DNA of 64,000 nucleotides from the IMG/VR virus record IMGVR_UViG_3300032753_000003, positions 64,001 through 128,000 of that record; one strand, given 5' to 3'. Position 1 is the stretch's first letter; every line of letters begins with the position of its first letter. This DNA comes from a virus. The translations under genes were made by a program, and so were the position numbers. The notes under the pieces are model-generated. The model was not told the DNA's origin. It worked only from the letters and a program-made list of their open reading frames with translations, and searched no databases. Below, piece by piece: positions 1-11,055 of this stretch.

Positions 1-60
1 TTGATATTTAAAAACTCCAAAGATCTAATGCTATACAAGCTAAGATGGGAAAATGAATAA
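1..60 (+). CDS. 3' end of small hypothetical protein (partial)
   Basis: Open frame LIFKNSKDLMLYKLRWENE* from the window edge; same C-terminal pattern as neighbours. Confidence 0.6.
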   Translation: MIFKNSKDLMLYKLRWENE

Positions 61-85
61 ATTCAAATCAATAGTTAGGTAAATT

Positions 86-340
86 ATGTTCAAATATCAG
101 CTAGCAATAATAGATATATTAACAAGTAACGATCCTCCACTATTAACTACAGACGATTACACAATTGATCTCAAAAATCTCACCAATCTCCTTAAAGAAC
201 TATGTCCTGGCAATTTTGAATTAAAATGGAAAGATCCCAACAAGAGAATGGGATTATTCGACGGGGTAGATATTCATCTGATAGAACCAGTTTTTGAAAA
301 TGATTATGATAGAATGGAGTGGATGCTGCGTTATGAGTAA
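86..340 (+). CDS. small hypothetical phage protein
   Basis: 84 aa ORF; shares CPG.(F/Y)E and F...Y.R.EW.L.Y motifs with the next ORF. Confidence 0.7.
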   Translation: MFKYQLAIIDILTSNDPPLLTTDDYTIDLKNLTNLLKELCPGNFELKWKDPNKRMGLFDGVDIHLIEPVFENDYDRMEWMLRYE

Positions 341-578
341 ACCTTATTTTGTCAAAGTGATTGAAAACATAGCGTGGGACACTGTAATTGAACCCGGGTC
401 ATATAATATCAATAAAATATGCGCTAAACTTAAAAGAGTTTGTCCAGGAGATTATGAAATTGAAATCAATCCAGATATCTCCAAAATGGATTTATGTGTA
501 AATGGAAAGAGTTTTGGCATATACTTGGTGTTTAGTGACATATATTCTCGTTTAGAATGGTTATTGAAATATAGCTGA
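333..578 (+). CDS. small hypothetical protein, paralog of 86..340
   Basis: ATG at 333 overlaps upstream stop; CPGDYE and FSDIYSRLEWLLKY motifs. Confidence 0.7.
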   Translation: MSKPYFVKVIENIAWDTVIEPGSYNINKICAKLKRVCPGDYEIEINPDISKMDLCVNGKSFGIYLVFSDIYSRLEWLLKYS

Positions 579-633
579 TTGACTAACCTTTTGCTAGCTG
601 CTATTCTAACTTAGAATAATTTGGAGAAATATT

Positions 634-843
634 ATGGTACCAGATAATATTGTATGTGTTGATTTTAACCTCAATCCAAACTTAGATAATAGGTCAAAGT
701 TCTTGAACATCTGCAAAACTGAGCTTTGTGAAGATGATTATGTTGACCTGTTAGAAGCTATTATTAGTCCATATTATTACAATAAATGTGACGAAGTTAT
801 ACAAGATTTAGTTAATATCTATTATGATAGATACCATACCTAG
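634..843 (+). CDS. hypothetical protein
   Basis: 69 aa ORF with GGAG RBS. Confidence 0.6.
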   Translation: MVPDNIVCVDFNLNPNLDNRSKFLNICKTELCEDDYVDLLEAIISPYYYNKCDEVIQDLVNIYYDRYHT

Positions 844-927
844 TTAACTTTTATAATGAAAATAAATGATATTAGACTTTTTGGATAAACTGCATATAAT
901 CATTGTAGTTTAATCAAGAGGTTATCT

Positions 928-1152
928 ATGAATCTTCTCAAAGATCGTCCAGACAAGAACCGTGTTTACATACAATGCAGTGAGACTGAGAGAAAAGTAA
1001 AAGCCACAATCCTTAAAAAGGATGATAGGTTATTACAAGTAGAGATGCCAACCGGATTTGTATTGACAATGCAAAAACGCAACCGACGTACTCACTATTC
1101 ATTCAAGGTAGGTATAGTTGAATTTCATAGCGACGGTAAACCAGTAGTTTAG
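928..1152 (+). CDS. hypothetical protein
   Basis: 74 aa ORF with GAGG RBS. Confidence 0.65.
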   Translation: MNLLKDRPDKNRVYIQCSETERKVKATILKKDDRLLQVEMPTGFVLTMQKRNRRTHYSFKVGIVEFHSDGKPVV

Positions 1153-1457
1153 TAAGAGTTGCCAGCGAACGTGAAACTGGTAGTACCGTTTGTGCTGTAT
1201 ACAAAAATACCTTGTAGCAAACCAAGTGCTATATTTTGTAGTGTTACTGTATGATTGGGTGGTATGATAGTATTATATAGTAACCAAGATGTTTCGTCCG
1301 GTTGAAGGTTAGCATTGGTATTAACGCCGACATTAATAATGTCGGCAGTTGATGATTGATTAACTAGGAAGAGGTTGCCTAAGACACCATTTCCATTTGG
1401 CACATAGTATAATAAAGATATATCATTTGCTACTGGTATAATATCAGCTAAAATCAT
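1149..1457 (-). CDS. probable small virion/tail-associated protein
   Basis: N/T/G-rich beta-type composition; co-oriented with the tail fibre gene. Confidence 0.55.
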   Translation of the reverse strand: MILADIIPVANDISLLYYVPNGNGVLGNLFLVNQSSTADIINVGVNTNANLQPDETSWLLYNTIIPPNHTVTLQNIALGLLQGIFVYSTNGTTSFTFAGNSY

Positions 1458-1513
1458 ATAGTATTTACTCTAATACAAATCTAAAAATTGTACAATCACA
1501 AATGCACACCTTA

Positions 1514-3010
1514 TTAAGGGTGAGAATTTTTGTAAGTGTTAAATTCCAAAGTCAGCGCGTCTAGCTTTTCACTGAGCTCTTGTATAGCCTTAGTCAATAA
1601 CGGTACCAAGCTAGATTCGCGAATGCCCAATGATGTTTGCACAGTTCCGTCTTCTGTAATAGAATCACTACTTTCTATTACAGAACCAACATAATTGGTA
1701 TTAGCCAAGGTCGTTTGGACTTCCTGTGCTATGAAACCCACATGAGTTCCATCTGAGAAATCATGTTTACTGTCGTCAACAAACTCAAATGTAACTGGTC
1801 TCAATTGGTTAACTAAATCAAGTGTGCTATCTAAATCTGTTATATTTTTCTTATATTGCTGATCAGAAACATATATGATAGAATTAGCAACCCATATAGT
1901 TCCGTTTACTTGCAACGGGTATGCTCCGTTACTACTTGTGTATCCTATTAGTGTAGTTCCTGTTAATGTAGCACCAGAGGCCAGTATATTGCCGTCTATT
2001 TGTAATAGATATCCGCCCGAATTAACTACAGTATAGCCCATCAAGGTAGTTCCGCTAACAATTAGGTTTCCACCAATGATTGCATACCCATATGAAACGT
2101 TAAGGTTGCCCCCTTCTATGTAGACATTGCCGCTTACACCTAACCCACCGCCGACTGTTAACGCGCCAGTGTCATAGCTGGTGCTAGGAGTATTATTGAT
2201 TATGTTGAGTATATTTGATATTTGTCCGCCATTGAACTCTGGTCCAGTTGGACCCTGTGGACCGGTATATCCAATTGGTCCCATAGTACCGGCTATACCC
2301 TGACTTCCTGTAGGACCGGTAGGGCCGTTAGCAGGTCCTGTTGGACCTGTTGCACCAGTGTTAGCTGCAGTTCCGTCTGCACCTGTCGGACCAAAAGGAC
2401 CGGTCGGTCCGCCGGGTCCAGTTGGCCCGGGATATCCTTGTTCTCCAGTAGGACCAGTAACAACGCTCGGTGCACCTGTAGCACCTGGATATCCTGTTGG
2501 ACCTATTGATCCAGTTGGACCGGTACTACCCATAGGACCAAGCGGACCTATAATACCTGTTGGACCTGTAACACCAATAGGACCTGTAACACCAATTGAA
2601 CCAGTTGGTCCTGTAACGCCAGTTGGTCCAGTTTTACCTATACCAGTTGGTCCAAACGGCCCAATTGGTCCGGTTGCACCTGTTGGACCTGTTGCACCAG
2701 TGTTAACTGCTGTTCCTGGTATTCCCGTTGGACCGGTTGGACCTCCTGCGGGTCCTGTAGGACCTGTTGCACCAGTGTTAACTGCTGTTCCTGGTATTCC
2801 CGTTGGACCGGTTGGACCGGTAGAACCTATTTGGCCATAAGCGCCTGTTGGGCCAGTTGAACCAGACGGACCTCGGTTTCCAGTTGGCCCTGTTGCGCCC
2901 GTATTAACAGCATAACCTGCTGCTCCAGTCGGGCCAGTTGGACCTCCTGCGGGACCTTGCGGACCAGTTGGTCCCATTTGATTTATAACCGGATATGTGT
3001 AAACGCTCAT
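1514..3010 (-). CDS. collagen-like tail fibre/spike with C-terminal peptidase S74-type intramolecular chaperone
   Basis: ~240 aa of Gly-X-Y (mostly GPT) repeats; C-terminal SD..YK.NI..L..L..LRPV.F, GFIAQEV and L..AIQEL motifs. Confidence 0.85.
   Translation of the reverse strand: MSVYTYPVINQMGPTGPQGPAGGPTGPTGAAGYAVNTGATGPTGNRGPSGSTGPTGAYGQIGSTGPTGPTGIPGTAVNTGATGPTGPAGGPTGPTGIPGTAVNTGATGPTGATGPIGPFGPTGIGKTGPTGVTGPTGSIGVTGPIGVTGPTGIIGPLGPMGSTGPTGSIGPTGYPGATGAPSVVTGPTGEQGYPGPTGPGGPTGPFGPTGADGTAANTGATGPTGPANGPTGPTGSQGIAGTMGPIGYTGPQGPTGPEFNGGQISNILNIINNTPSTSYDTGALTVGGGLGVSGNVYIEGGNLNVSYGYAIIGGNLIVSGTTLMGYTVVNSGGYLLQIDGNILASGATLTGTTLIGYTSSNGAYPLQVNGTIWVANSIIYVSDQQYKKNITDLDSTLDLVNQLRPVTFEFVDDSKHDFSDGTHVGFIAQEVQTTLANTNYVGSVIESSDSITEDGTVQTSLGIRESSLVPLLTKAIQELSEKLDALTLEFNTYKNSHP
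2685..2818. repeat. 59 nt exact direct repeat (2685-2743 and 2760-2818) inside collagen gene
   Basis: ggacctgttgcaccagtgttaactgctgttcctggtattcccgttggaccggttggacc read twice, 75 nt period. Confidence 0.9.
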
Positions 3011-3081
3011 GATGTCACTTTTGTCTGGTGGTATCCATATTTATGTTAGATATTGCGCAATGAGATTCAGATAAATATGTC

Positions 3082-3540
3082 ATGACTCTTGCTCCTAGCG
3101 TTTGGCCTTTACCTTATGGCGTAACTATTAGAACTGATTATAGCCCTGACCATAATTATGCTATACCCCGCAGTCAGACACAGTGCTGGCCTGTTCAACT
3201 AAACGAATATCAACAAGTTAATATAGCCGCTATACATAACGGCTGGATAGGACATCAAGCATGGACTCTAAGAGCTTGGTTAAGTCCTGATCCAAGCGGC
3301 GGCAATGTTCTTCCGTCAGCGTACGGTGTAAGACAAAATGTACATTTAACCTATGCAGGAAATACCTGGGACTTTTATGCAGTTGGATTGCCACCAAATT
3401 TAATACAAAATGCAAACACAGCATATGTAATAAATCCTGCTCAAATCTATTATTTTAATATACAGAATATTTCAAATACAGACGACGGATATTATTGTAG
3501 ATTTACTTTCACAGGTGCTGGCACTACACTAGTGATATGA
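3082..3540 (+). CDS. hypothetical, probably late/virion protein
   Basis: 152 aa ORF preceded by ATAAATA. Confidence 0.65.
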   Translation: MTLAPSVWPLPYGVTIRTDYSPDHNYAIPRSQTQCWPVQLNEYQQVNIAAIHNGWIGHQAWTLRAWLSPDPSGGNVLPSAYGVRQNVHLTYAGNTWDFYAVGLPPNLIQNANTAYVINPAQIYYFNIQNISNTDDGYYCRFTFTGAGTTLVI

Positions 3541-4352
3541 ATCAGATAGAAATATTCAAACGATCGATAACAGTACTAGACACTGAAACTACTAATCTAT
3601 TACCAGACCTTTGCGAAATTGTTGAAGTAGCTGGTACGCTATGGCAAGATGGCAACTGGGAAGCAAGTAGCATGTTGCTAGGTGCTCACAAAGGTATACC
3701 ACCAGAAGCCAGTGCAAAAAACAACATTTCAAATCGTATGATACATGGTCTTTCAACATTTGATCGCAGTGCAACAGCAGTTAAAAATATATTAAACTGG
3801 CCTCGTTCAAAATGGTATGTAGCTCATAATGCAGATTATGATATGATAGCTCTGAAGACTGCGTTTAGCCGTATTGATAGACAAGAGGATGCGGCGTTAT
3901 GTACAGACAAATCTCGATGGATATGTACATGGAGACTGAGCAAACAGATACTATCGCATGAGTTTAATGACATACAATATGGTCTCAGTTACCTACGATA
4001 TAAATTAGATCTGCCAATAGCCGATACAGTTGGTGTACATAGAGCAGATGCAGATACTTTGGTTTGCGCAAAATTGCTAGATAGATTGATAGATATTGCT
4101 ATCAAAAATGGTCAAATTGATCAATCTAAAGATATAGGTGTTCAGCTAAACGAGTTGTGTTGGGGACACATACCTGTTAAGACGTGGCCGTTTGGCAAGC
4201 ATAAAGGTCAACGTTTAGAAGATCTAGATAACGACTATTATAGTTGGGCTCTCAAGAACTTACCACAACTTAATGAAAAAGATTCTTCATATGACGATGA
4301 CTTAGCTGAGAGCATCAGACAAGTATTAGAAAAAAGATTTGTTGTTTCTTAA
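3537..4352 (+). CDS. DEDDh 3'-5' exonuclease (exonuclease X-like)
   Basis: VLDTETT, VAHNADYD, HRADAD motifs; C-terminal WPFGKHKG. Confidence 0.85.
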   Translation: MNQIEIFKRSITVLDTETTNLLPDLCEIVEVAGTLWQDGNWEASSMLLGAHKGIPPEASAKNNISNRMIHGLSTFDRSATAVKNILNWPRSKWYVAHNADYDMIALKTAFSRIDRQEDAALCTDKSRWICTWRLSKQILSHEFNDIQYGLSYLRYKLDLPIADTVGVHRADADTLVCAKLLDRLIDIAIKNGQIDQSKDIGVQLNELCWGHIPVKTWPFGKHKGQRLEDLDNDYYSWALKNLPQLNEKDSSYDDDLAESIRQVLEKRFVVS

Positions 4353-4373
4353 TTCCAATTAGGAAGGTATATC

Positions 4374-5030
4374 ATGAGTGTAAAGATTGCGGTATTGTTC
4401 AGAGGTCCTGTTAGGCCAAATCCCAGCAGAGTAGTAGATAGAGTTAAAGAGTTCATGAGTCATTTTGCAGGTGCTCAAAATGTAGAGATACATACTTATT
4501 TGGCTACTTGGAGAACCTGGAAGCAATACAATGCAGCAGAATTATTGGCATTAGATATGTTTGACAACGTAATCATGCAGACTGCACCAACTGCAGAGCA
4601 TTGGGGCCGTTGCACGTCGTTAACGAAGTTGCCGAATGGTGCCGATATTGAACCGGTGTTTAAGATGTATTATCAGTCTAAGACAGCGTTAGATTTAATT
4701 ACTAAGGCAGACACATATAGCTATATCGTACATACTCGAACAGACTTACAAATGATATTAGGTGAGCATATTAATCAATGGTTTGATCCCACATTCTATG
4801 TAGCACCACATGTGCATCCTAATCCGTTTATGAATGACCAATTTGGTATAGCTCCTGCACATATCATGCATAAAGCTTGGGATTATTGGGATATGAGTAA
4901 TTTCAAACGACTAATAGAATCTGCCGATAAGCCAGAAGCTATTTTACAGAATATGATAGATGAAGCAGGTATAAAGGTTAGAACCGCACCATATATAGCA
5001 TGGAATTTGGATCCGATGCGCAATCACTGA
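4374..5030 (+). CDS. putative glycosyltransferase-like protein
   Basis: KIAVLFRG start, YYQ, TRTD and NDQFGIA motifs resemble nucleotide-sugar transferase-like phage proteins. Confidence 0.5.
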   Translation: MSVKIAVLFRGPVRPNPSRVVDRVKEFMSHFAGAQNVEIHTYLATWRTWKQYNAAELLALDMFDNVIMQTAPTAEHWGRCTSLTKLPNGADIEPVFKMYYQSKTALDLITKADTYSYIVHTRTDLQMILGEHINQWFDPTFYVAPHVHPNPFMNDQFGIAPAHIMHKAWDYWDMSNFKRLIESADKPEAILQNMIDEAGIKVRTAPYIAWNLDPMRNH

Positions 5031-5099
5031 CCATATAGCTATTGTTTACCATATTTGTTCTCTGTTTAAATATTAAAAAACAAACAGAGAATAATAAAA

Positions 5100-5744
5100 A
5101 TGAAAATAGCACTGTTGTTTAGAGGCCCAATACGACCAAATCCAAACAAGGTTAAAGAGCTAACTCTTGAAAGTATGGAAGATGTTAGATCTTCAGGTCA
5201 CGAGGTACATACATATCTAGCCACTTGGATGACTCACGAAGAACACCATGCCAGTGACCTAGTCAACAACAAGATATATGATAACATTATTGTTCAATAG
5301 CCGACAACGGAAGAATTCATGCGCAAGTATGTGAAGCGCGAAACATATGGTGTTTATCCTGTGAGCAATATCTTTAGAATGTATTATCAAAGCTTAACTG
5401 CTATTAAAGTGATAACAGGTGCAGCCGATTATGACTATATCATACACAGTCGTACAGATATGAACATGCTATTTGGTGATAAATTAGAACAATGGTTTGA
5501 CAAAGAACACTACGTATCCCCGCACAATAATCCTCCCTGGATATGTGATTGGATTGGTGTAGCTACACCTGAGAATATGTTGAAATCTTGGGATTATGGT
5601 ACTTTAGAAAATCTAGGTAAGTTGATAGACGAAACAAATGTACCGGAACATATTGTTACCAATATTATAGACACTGCCGGTGTGAAACGTCGCATAGGGC
5701 ATGCCCATAAGTGCTATATAGAACCTCATCAACTGTACCAATAA
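5100..5744 (+). pseudogene. paralog of 4374..5030 with one in-frame TAG (5298-5300)
   Basis: ORFs 5100..5300 and 5319..5744 share a frame and align end to end with the upstream paralog (KIALLFRGP, HTYLATW, YYQS, SRTD, WDY). Confidence 0.75.
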
Positions 5745-5807
5745 GGTTGACAGCTTATATCATCCCAAAGGTATAATAAGTTATCATATACTTTGCGGTG
5801 ATACAAA

Positions 5808-5996
5808 ATGCCTCAATTGTTATTTAAAAATCAGTTTTACGGTGATAATGCATTAAATCCCACTTGTTATTTTAAAGATGCTAGATGGATAGCAGGATAT
5901 CATAGCTATTGGAAGTTTGATATCAAAGAAACATATCCTTATGAAATATACATGCATCTAGATACTGATGATAAAAAATTACCAATGAAATCATGA
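5808..5996 (+). CDS. hypothetical protein
   Basis: 62 aa ORF after TTGACA..TATAAT promoter. Confidence 0.5.
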   Translation: MPQLLFKNQFYGDNALNPTCYFKDARWIAGYHSYWKFDIKETYPYEIYMHLDTDDKKLPMKS

Positions 5997-6280
5997 TTGA
6001 TTTACGTAAGTTTGTGGAAAGGCGAGCTCTAGGTGACGTAATCGTTAGTGAACTAGATATGTCACATGTGTGGTGTTGGAATGCTGACATGACTAATAAT
6101 ACTTGGGATAAAAAATGGTCTCAGATACAGCATAGATATTTGGTTCTAAATTTTGAATGTGCAGAAGACACAATAACATGGAAACTGATGTATCCAGATT
6201 ATGTTACAGAACAGACTTCGCAGTGGCATCCAAGATATGTAGATCATGCTGAAAATTGTCAAAAGACCAATTGGGGTTGA
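5993..6280 (+). CDS. small hypothetical protein
   Basis: Overlapping start/stop; F...ED...W.L.Y motif. Confidence 0.6.
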   Translation: MIDLRKFVERRALGDVIVSELDMSHVWCWNADMTNNTWDKKWSQIQHRYLVLNFECAEDTITWKLMYPDYVTEQTSQWHPRYVDHAENCQKTNWG

Positions 6281-6336
6281 CACTATTGAAACTTGGTGTT
6301 ATTGTTGTCTAGAATACAATGAGGAAATAATTTATA

Positions 6337-6831
6337 ATGCAAGAAATGAAAAAAGATTATCCAGTATTGTACGTATTTGTTAGAAGTGATATGCCAAGTT
6401 TAGGGTCATCTTCAGGAAAAATGGCTGCACATAGCGGTCACGCTGCTAACGCATTTGTGCATGAAAATGTAGTCAAGAAGCTGCTCAAGGGCAAGAAGCT
6501 TGATCCTGCTGTACAGGAATGGATGGACAGCACTGAGCACGGATTTGGCACACAAATCAATCTCAAAGGTGCGTGGTCAGAAGTTTGTGATGCTCACGAC
6601 CATGCGTTAAAGAATGGTTTCCCTGCCGATCTAGTTACTGACCCAACTTATCCTTATGTTGTAGACGGTGAAATTGTTGGTCTAATTGAAAATATCCGAC
6701 ATACGCTAAATCCTGTTGATATTGGAAATGATAAGTTCATGTGTTTTCGTGCAGAACATACCGCTGCATATATCTTTGGTATGAAGAGTCAGCTTGTTGA
6801 CATTGTTGGAAAGTTTCAGTTGCACCCATGA
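6337..6831 (+). CDS. peptidyl-tRNA hydrolase Pth2-like protein
   Basis: YVFVRSDM...GKMAAHSGHAA N-terminal motif, DPTYP and TAAYIFG. Confidence 0.65.
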   Translation: MQEMKKDYPVLYVFVRSDMPSLGSSSGKMAAHSGHAANAFVHENVVKKLLKGKKLDPAVQEWMDSTEHGFGTQINLKGAWSEVCDAHDHALKNGFPADLVTDPTYPYVVDGEIVGLIENIRHTLNPVDIGNDKFMCFRAEHTAAYIFGMKSQLVDIVGKFQLHP

Positions 6832-6901
6832 CTTGTTAATATCAGAAACACATATTAGACATAAGACTAAATACACTACAACTATTAATCATGGTGGTTT
6901 T

Positions 6902-7755
6902 ATGTCTATTAAATTTATTTGTGATAAATGTGGAAATATAGGAGAAAAAAATTTAAATCTTCAATTAAATTAAAAAATTATTGTTCGGCTGCATGCGGTA
7001 ATGCCGCTAAATCGCGGCCGGGACCATTGAACAGTAGATTTGGATATAAATGGTCAGATGAAGAAAAACTGCAACAGTCTAATCTAATTAAATCTAAAGT
7101 AGACGATGTTTATCGATTTAATGCAGGTACAGCAAATCGAGGTAAAAAGTTCTCAAAAGAAAGAATATCTGCTATGCATGATCATCGCAGTGTAGACAGT
7201 TATAGGCATTATCCAACTGATGAAACTAGAAAACTAATAGGTAAAAAATCTGCCGAAAAGTTTAAGAAACCAGGATTTAAAGAAAAAATTAGAAAATCTA
7301 TGGAAAAATCCAAACGTTGGGTACCTTTAGAAGATTTGGATGCATTTGTAATATACAAACGCGAGTGTTATTGGGCGGGACCTATGTGGAATTTAATTTC
7401 GGATCCTGCTCAGTTAAAGTTGTTAAATGAGAAAAAGGTATTTCATCCAACTAAAAACAGCAAGGGATGCGTGAGAGATCATTTATTTACAAAGGTTGAC
7501 GGATTTACGTTAGGTGTGTATCCGGAAATATTAAGACATCCCGCGAACTGCAAAATAATAACACACGGCGAAAATGCCAGGAAAGGATCGAAGTCTGATA
7601 TATCGCTTGACATGTTATTTGAAGAAATTTACAATTATGATGGAAATTGGTTCGAGCATAATTCAGTTATCGAGTTAATAAAAAAGTACAAAGAAGGATT
7701 TAGGTGGTCTAAATCTGAGTATATCTTTTATAAGAAAGGAGGTCGTCATGAGTGA
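6902..7755 (+). CDS. homing endonuclease-like protein (Zn ribbon, NUMOD3-like repeats, HNH-like C-terminus); frameshift at A7 run ~6945-6951
   Basis: MSIKFICDKCGNIGEK joins KFKSS..YCSAAC if one A is added; RDH..HPANC motif shared with 55750..56370. Confidence 0.65.
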
Positions 7756-8306
7756 AAACATTTGGTTCATTAGTGACACACACTTTTTCTCACGCTAATT
7801 TTCTCAACTTTGTTGATGAGAAGGGTGACAAGATCCGCAAGTTCAATTCTGTTCAGGAAATGGACGACTGCATGATCACTCGATGGAACGAAAGAATCAA
7901 ACCCAGCGACCGAGTATATCATCTTGGTGATGTTGGGTTTGATAGCACCGCTAACCATAAAATCCTAAGCAAGTTAAATGGAAGCAAGCGACTGATTCTT
8001 GGTAATCACGACATTATTAAAGGTGATTTAATTAATCATTTCAAGAAGATCAGCATGTGGCGCATCTTCAAAGAGTATGATTTTGTTTGCAGTCATGTAC
8101 CGTTGCGAGAAGATAGTATGTTTAAGATCACGTTTAATTTGCACGGACATATTCATCAGCAACCTAGCCCTAGTATTCGACATATGAATATGTGCGTTGA
8201 GCACACCAACTATGCGCCCGTACATCTTGATGAGGTACTGGCAGAACTTGCTCGTAGGCGTGCTAGTGAAGAATTTGCCAAGTTGAGTACAGCACATGAT
8301 CGCTAA
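7748..8306 (+). CDS. calcineurin-like metallophosphoesterase; frameshift at T5 run 7784-7788
   Basis: MSENIWFISDTHF joins SHANF if one T is removed; YHLGD, LILGNHD, LHGHIH motifs. Confidence 0.85.
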
Positions 8307-8616
8307 AACTTCTGATGATGCTAAACTGGAAGCGTTGGATATTTTACAGGAAGAATGTGCCGAACTTATCCAAATTGCCAGCAAGATGATTAGATTTGGT
8401 GAGATGGATACACACGAAGGCAAGCTTCCTACCGTTAGATATAGGATGATGCAAGAGATTGCTGATGTTCTTGCTATGATAAGCATAGTAAATGCGCAGA
8501 TGGGCTACACCAAAACAGAACTAGATGTAGCTATGGAAAGCAAATACAAAAAGCTTAGGAAATATAGCAACCTACTAGAACCAGATGAAGTTAGCCAAGA
8601 CCCATATATTTCTTGA
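8296..8616 (+). CDS. MazG-like nucleotide pyrophosphohydrolase
   Basis: LQEECAELIQ..SK..RFG and EIADV motifs. Confidence 0.7.
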   Translation: MIAKTSDDAKLEALDILQEECAELIQIASKMIRFGEMDTHEGKLPTVRYRMMQEIADVLAMISIVNAQMGYTKTELDVAMESKYKKLRKYSNLLEPDEVSQDPYIS

Positions 8617-9316
8617 ACCATTCAGTACGTTCTGGTAAGCCTAGCATACCGGGATTTATGAACTTGGTTACATTCTTGACATCAGTAAAGTCTTTGACAT
8701 TTGGTCTAACATGATTTAGCCAATACCAAACTGATACTTCTGCTGCAACTCTTAGATTTTTCTCTGCTAGATCTGGATGTAACTCTAGAGGTAAGTTGAG
8801 TTCATCTCCTGCCGTACTATAATTATCGCGACCGGTTATCTGTATAAATCCGCGACCTCTGTATCTAATACCGTCGCCTTTTCTAGTATTGCCAAGCTCT
8901 TCTGCCTTGTCAGGATTGTACTTGATATCATACTTCTTTGCGAAATATTCGGGTGTACCCTTTTCTCGCAAAGTACTAAATCCACTTGTCTCATGCGCGC
9001 ATTGTGCCATAAACGCTGCCAATTCTGTACCTTTTATACCGTTGCGAATGGCAATATTCCTTAAGATTCTTTCATAGGTTCTATTGCGTATACTTGGAAT
9101 TTGTACATGCGCAACAGGTTTTTTATCTGCAGCCTGTTGAGTAATAGCCGTTGGTTCTGTTGGCACCTTTCCAGTATTTGGATTCAATGCTACAGTTGCA
9201 CCAAATGCACCAGATAATCCACCTATTACCGCAGCCTTTTTCATCCAACTGGGCATAGCTTCATCTAATGCAGATTCTAATAATTGATCAGTTTGGTAAA
9301 ATTCTTTTAATCGCAT
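8591..9316 (-). CDS. glycoside hydrolase family 19 lysin-like protein
   Basis: FMAQCAHET, YRGRGFIQITGRDNY, INPG..GL.ER motifs. Confidence 0.85.
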   Translation of the reverse strand: MRLKEFYQTDQLLESALDEAMPSWMKKAAVIGGLSGAFGATVALNPNTGKVPTEPTAITQQAADKKPVAHVQIPSIRNRTYERILRNIAIRNGIKGTELAAFMAQCAHETSGFSTLREKGTPEYFAKKYDIKYNPDKAEELGNTRKGDGIRYRGRGFIQITGRDNYSTAGDELNLPLELHPDLAEKNLRVAAEVSVWYWLNHVRPNVKDFTDVKNVTKFINPGMLGLPERTEWFKKYMGLG

Positions 9317-9425
9317 GCACAGTTATTTATTTTAAAATAACCTATTGCATTATTGTGTCATCTGTTGTATAAATATGTTGTGGATGGATAGACCGTCCGC
9401 TCAAAAATACGTAGTAGGATTTACT

Positions 9426-10496
9426 ATGACACACACTTATGATATTGCCGTATTCATCGGCAGGTTTCAACCGCTACATTTAGGACACTGTCACGTTATT
9501 GAAAGTGCGCTTGATCGAGCAGATCATGTATGCATCTTGGTTGGATCGTCGTATATGCCTCGCAGCTATCGCAATCCTTGGCTCTTTGAAGAGCGCAAGG
9601 AAATGATCCTAGAAAGTTTTGCTAGCCAGCGCGATCGCATCACGGTTCTAGCCCTAGAAGATACTATCTACAACGATTCTCAGTGGGTACAGAATGTACA
9701 ACATCTGGTATCTAATGTAGTGGTTGACCAGTTTGGTCCCAATATCGTGCATACTGGCAGATATCCTAGGATCGCATTAATCGGACATAGCAAGGACAAT
9801 TCCAGCTACTATCTCAAGCTATTCCCACAGTGGGAGTCAGTCAACGTCCCAGGTTACGTCAATGAGGAATTTGTACTGGCTGCTACCAACATTCGAGATT
9901 GGTACTTCAGCAAGGACAGCGACTACTTCCTTAGAATTGAAGCTCGGCATCTGACACCAGCTGTTAGCAAGTTCTTGGCTAAGTTCAACAAGACCGAAGT
10001 ATTCAAGAACATTGTTGAAGAATACGAGTTTGTGCAGAGCTACAAGAATGCGTGGGCTGCTGCTCCATATGCACCAACGTTTGTGACTACAGATGCTGTT
10101 GTTGTGCAGAGCGGACACATCTTGCTAGTCAAGCGCAAGGCTCGTCCCGGTAAGGGGCTGTGGGCGCTGCCGGGTGGCTTCCTCAATGCTAATGAGCGCA
10201 TTGAAGATGGTGTACTCAGGGAACTGCGGGAGGAAACTAAGATCAAGGTACCTTTGCCAGTACTTCGAGGCAGCATTGTTGCAAACAGGGTGTTTGATGA
10301 TCCCTATCGCAGTAGCCGCGGCAGGACCATTACACATGCGCATCTGATCAACCTAGCACCCGACACAGTTCTACCTCAAGTCAAGGGGTCAGATGATGCT
10401 GAAAAGGCTCGTTGGGTTCCTCTTGCAGAAGTTAAGCGCGAAATGATGTTCGAAGATCACAAAGATATAATTGATTGCCTTACAGCGTTGATCTGA
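9426..10496 (+). CDS. nadM: bifunctional NMN adenylyltransferase / Nudix ADP-ribose pyrophosphatase
   Basis: FIGRFQPLHLGH nucleotidyltransferase motif; WALPGGF..ELREET Nudix box. Confidence 0.92.
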   Translation: MTHTYDIAVFIGRFQPLHLGHCHVIESALDRADHVCILVGSSYMPRSYRNPWLFEERKEMILESFASQRDRITVLALEDTIYNDSQWVQNVQHLVSNVVVDQFGPNIVHTGRYPRIALIGHSKDNSSYYLKLFPQWESVNVPGYVNEEFVLAATNIRDWYFSKDSDYFLRIEARHLTPAVSKFLAKFNKTEVFKNIVEEYEFVQSYKNAWAAAPYAPTFVTTDAVVVQSGHILLVKRKARPGKGLWALPGGFLNANERIEDGVLRELREETKIKVPLPVLRGSIVANRVFDDPYRSSRGRTITHAHLINLAPDTVLPQVKGSDDAEKARWVPLAEVKREMMFEDHKDIIDCLTALI

Positions 10497-11055
10497 GAGA
10501 AATAATATGTTTATATGTATAACCGGCCTTCATAGCGGCAGAATAAGTTGGATATTCGATACCATCGATGGTAATCGACTTAGCCCTGAAATGTTTTGCA
10601 CCACTAATAGAAGCAGCTTGCTTAGCCCGTGCAATCGGATCTTTAGACGATTTTTTACCATTCAAAGAAACCGCCTTTCTGGTACGATCAGATACAGGAT
10701 GCCCAAGTTGAGATTGTCTCATTCTCTCTCTTGTTTCAAGGGTATGTTTTTTACCTGCAAACCCTCTGGTAATACTACCTTTACCTCCATCAGTGAGGTT
10801 GTACCAATTGGGATCAGAAACAGCATTATAAAATTCAATATAATGCTTTTCAGCTCTATTAAGATCAGCAAGGTCAATGGCTTCATAGATTATAGTTCTG
10901 GAAAAGTTTTCAGAACCATATGCTTTGATGGCCTTTTTCAAAAGTTTACCCGAACCAAGATAATATTTCCATCGACCGTTATAAACACGCTGCCCGATAT
11001 ATTTTTTACCGTTAATATGATTTTTGGTAATATAGATAAATCCATAGTAATTCAT
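10480..11055 (-). mobile_element. free-standing GIY-YIG homing endonuclease with NUMOD3 repeat
   Basis: GFIYIT.N.INGKKYIGQ, YLGSG, YNL..GG; HT.ETR.RM. Confidence 0.85.

Noticed and set aside
2222-2840. Plus-strand Pro/Val/Gly-rich ORFs
   Set aside because: Antisense shadows of the collagen repeat.
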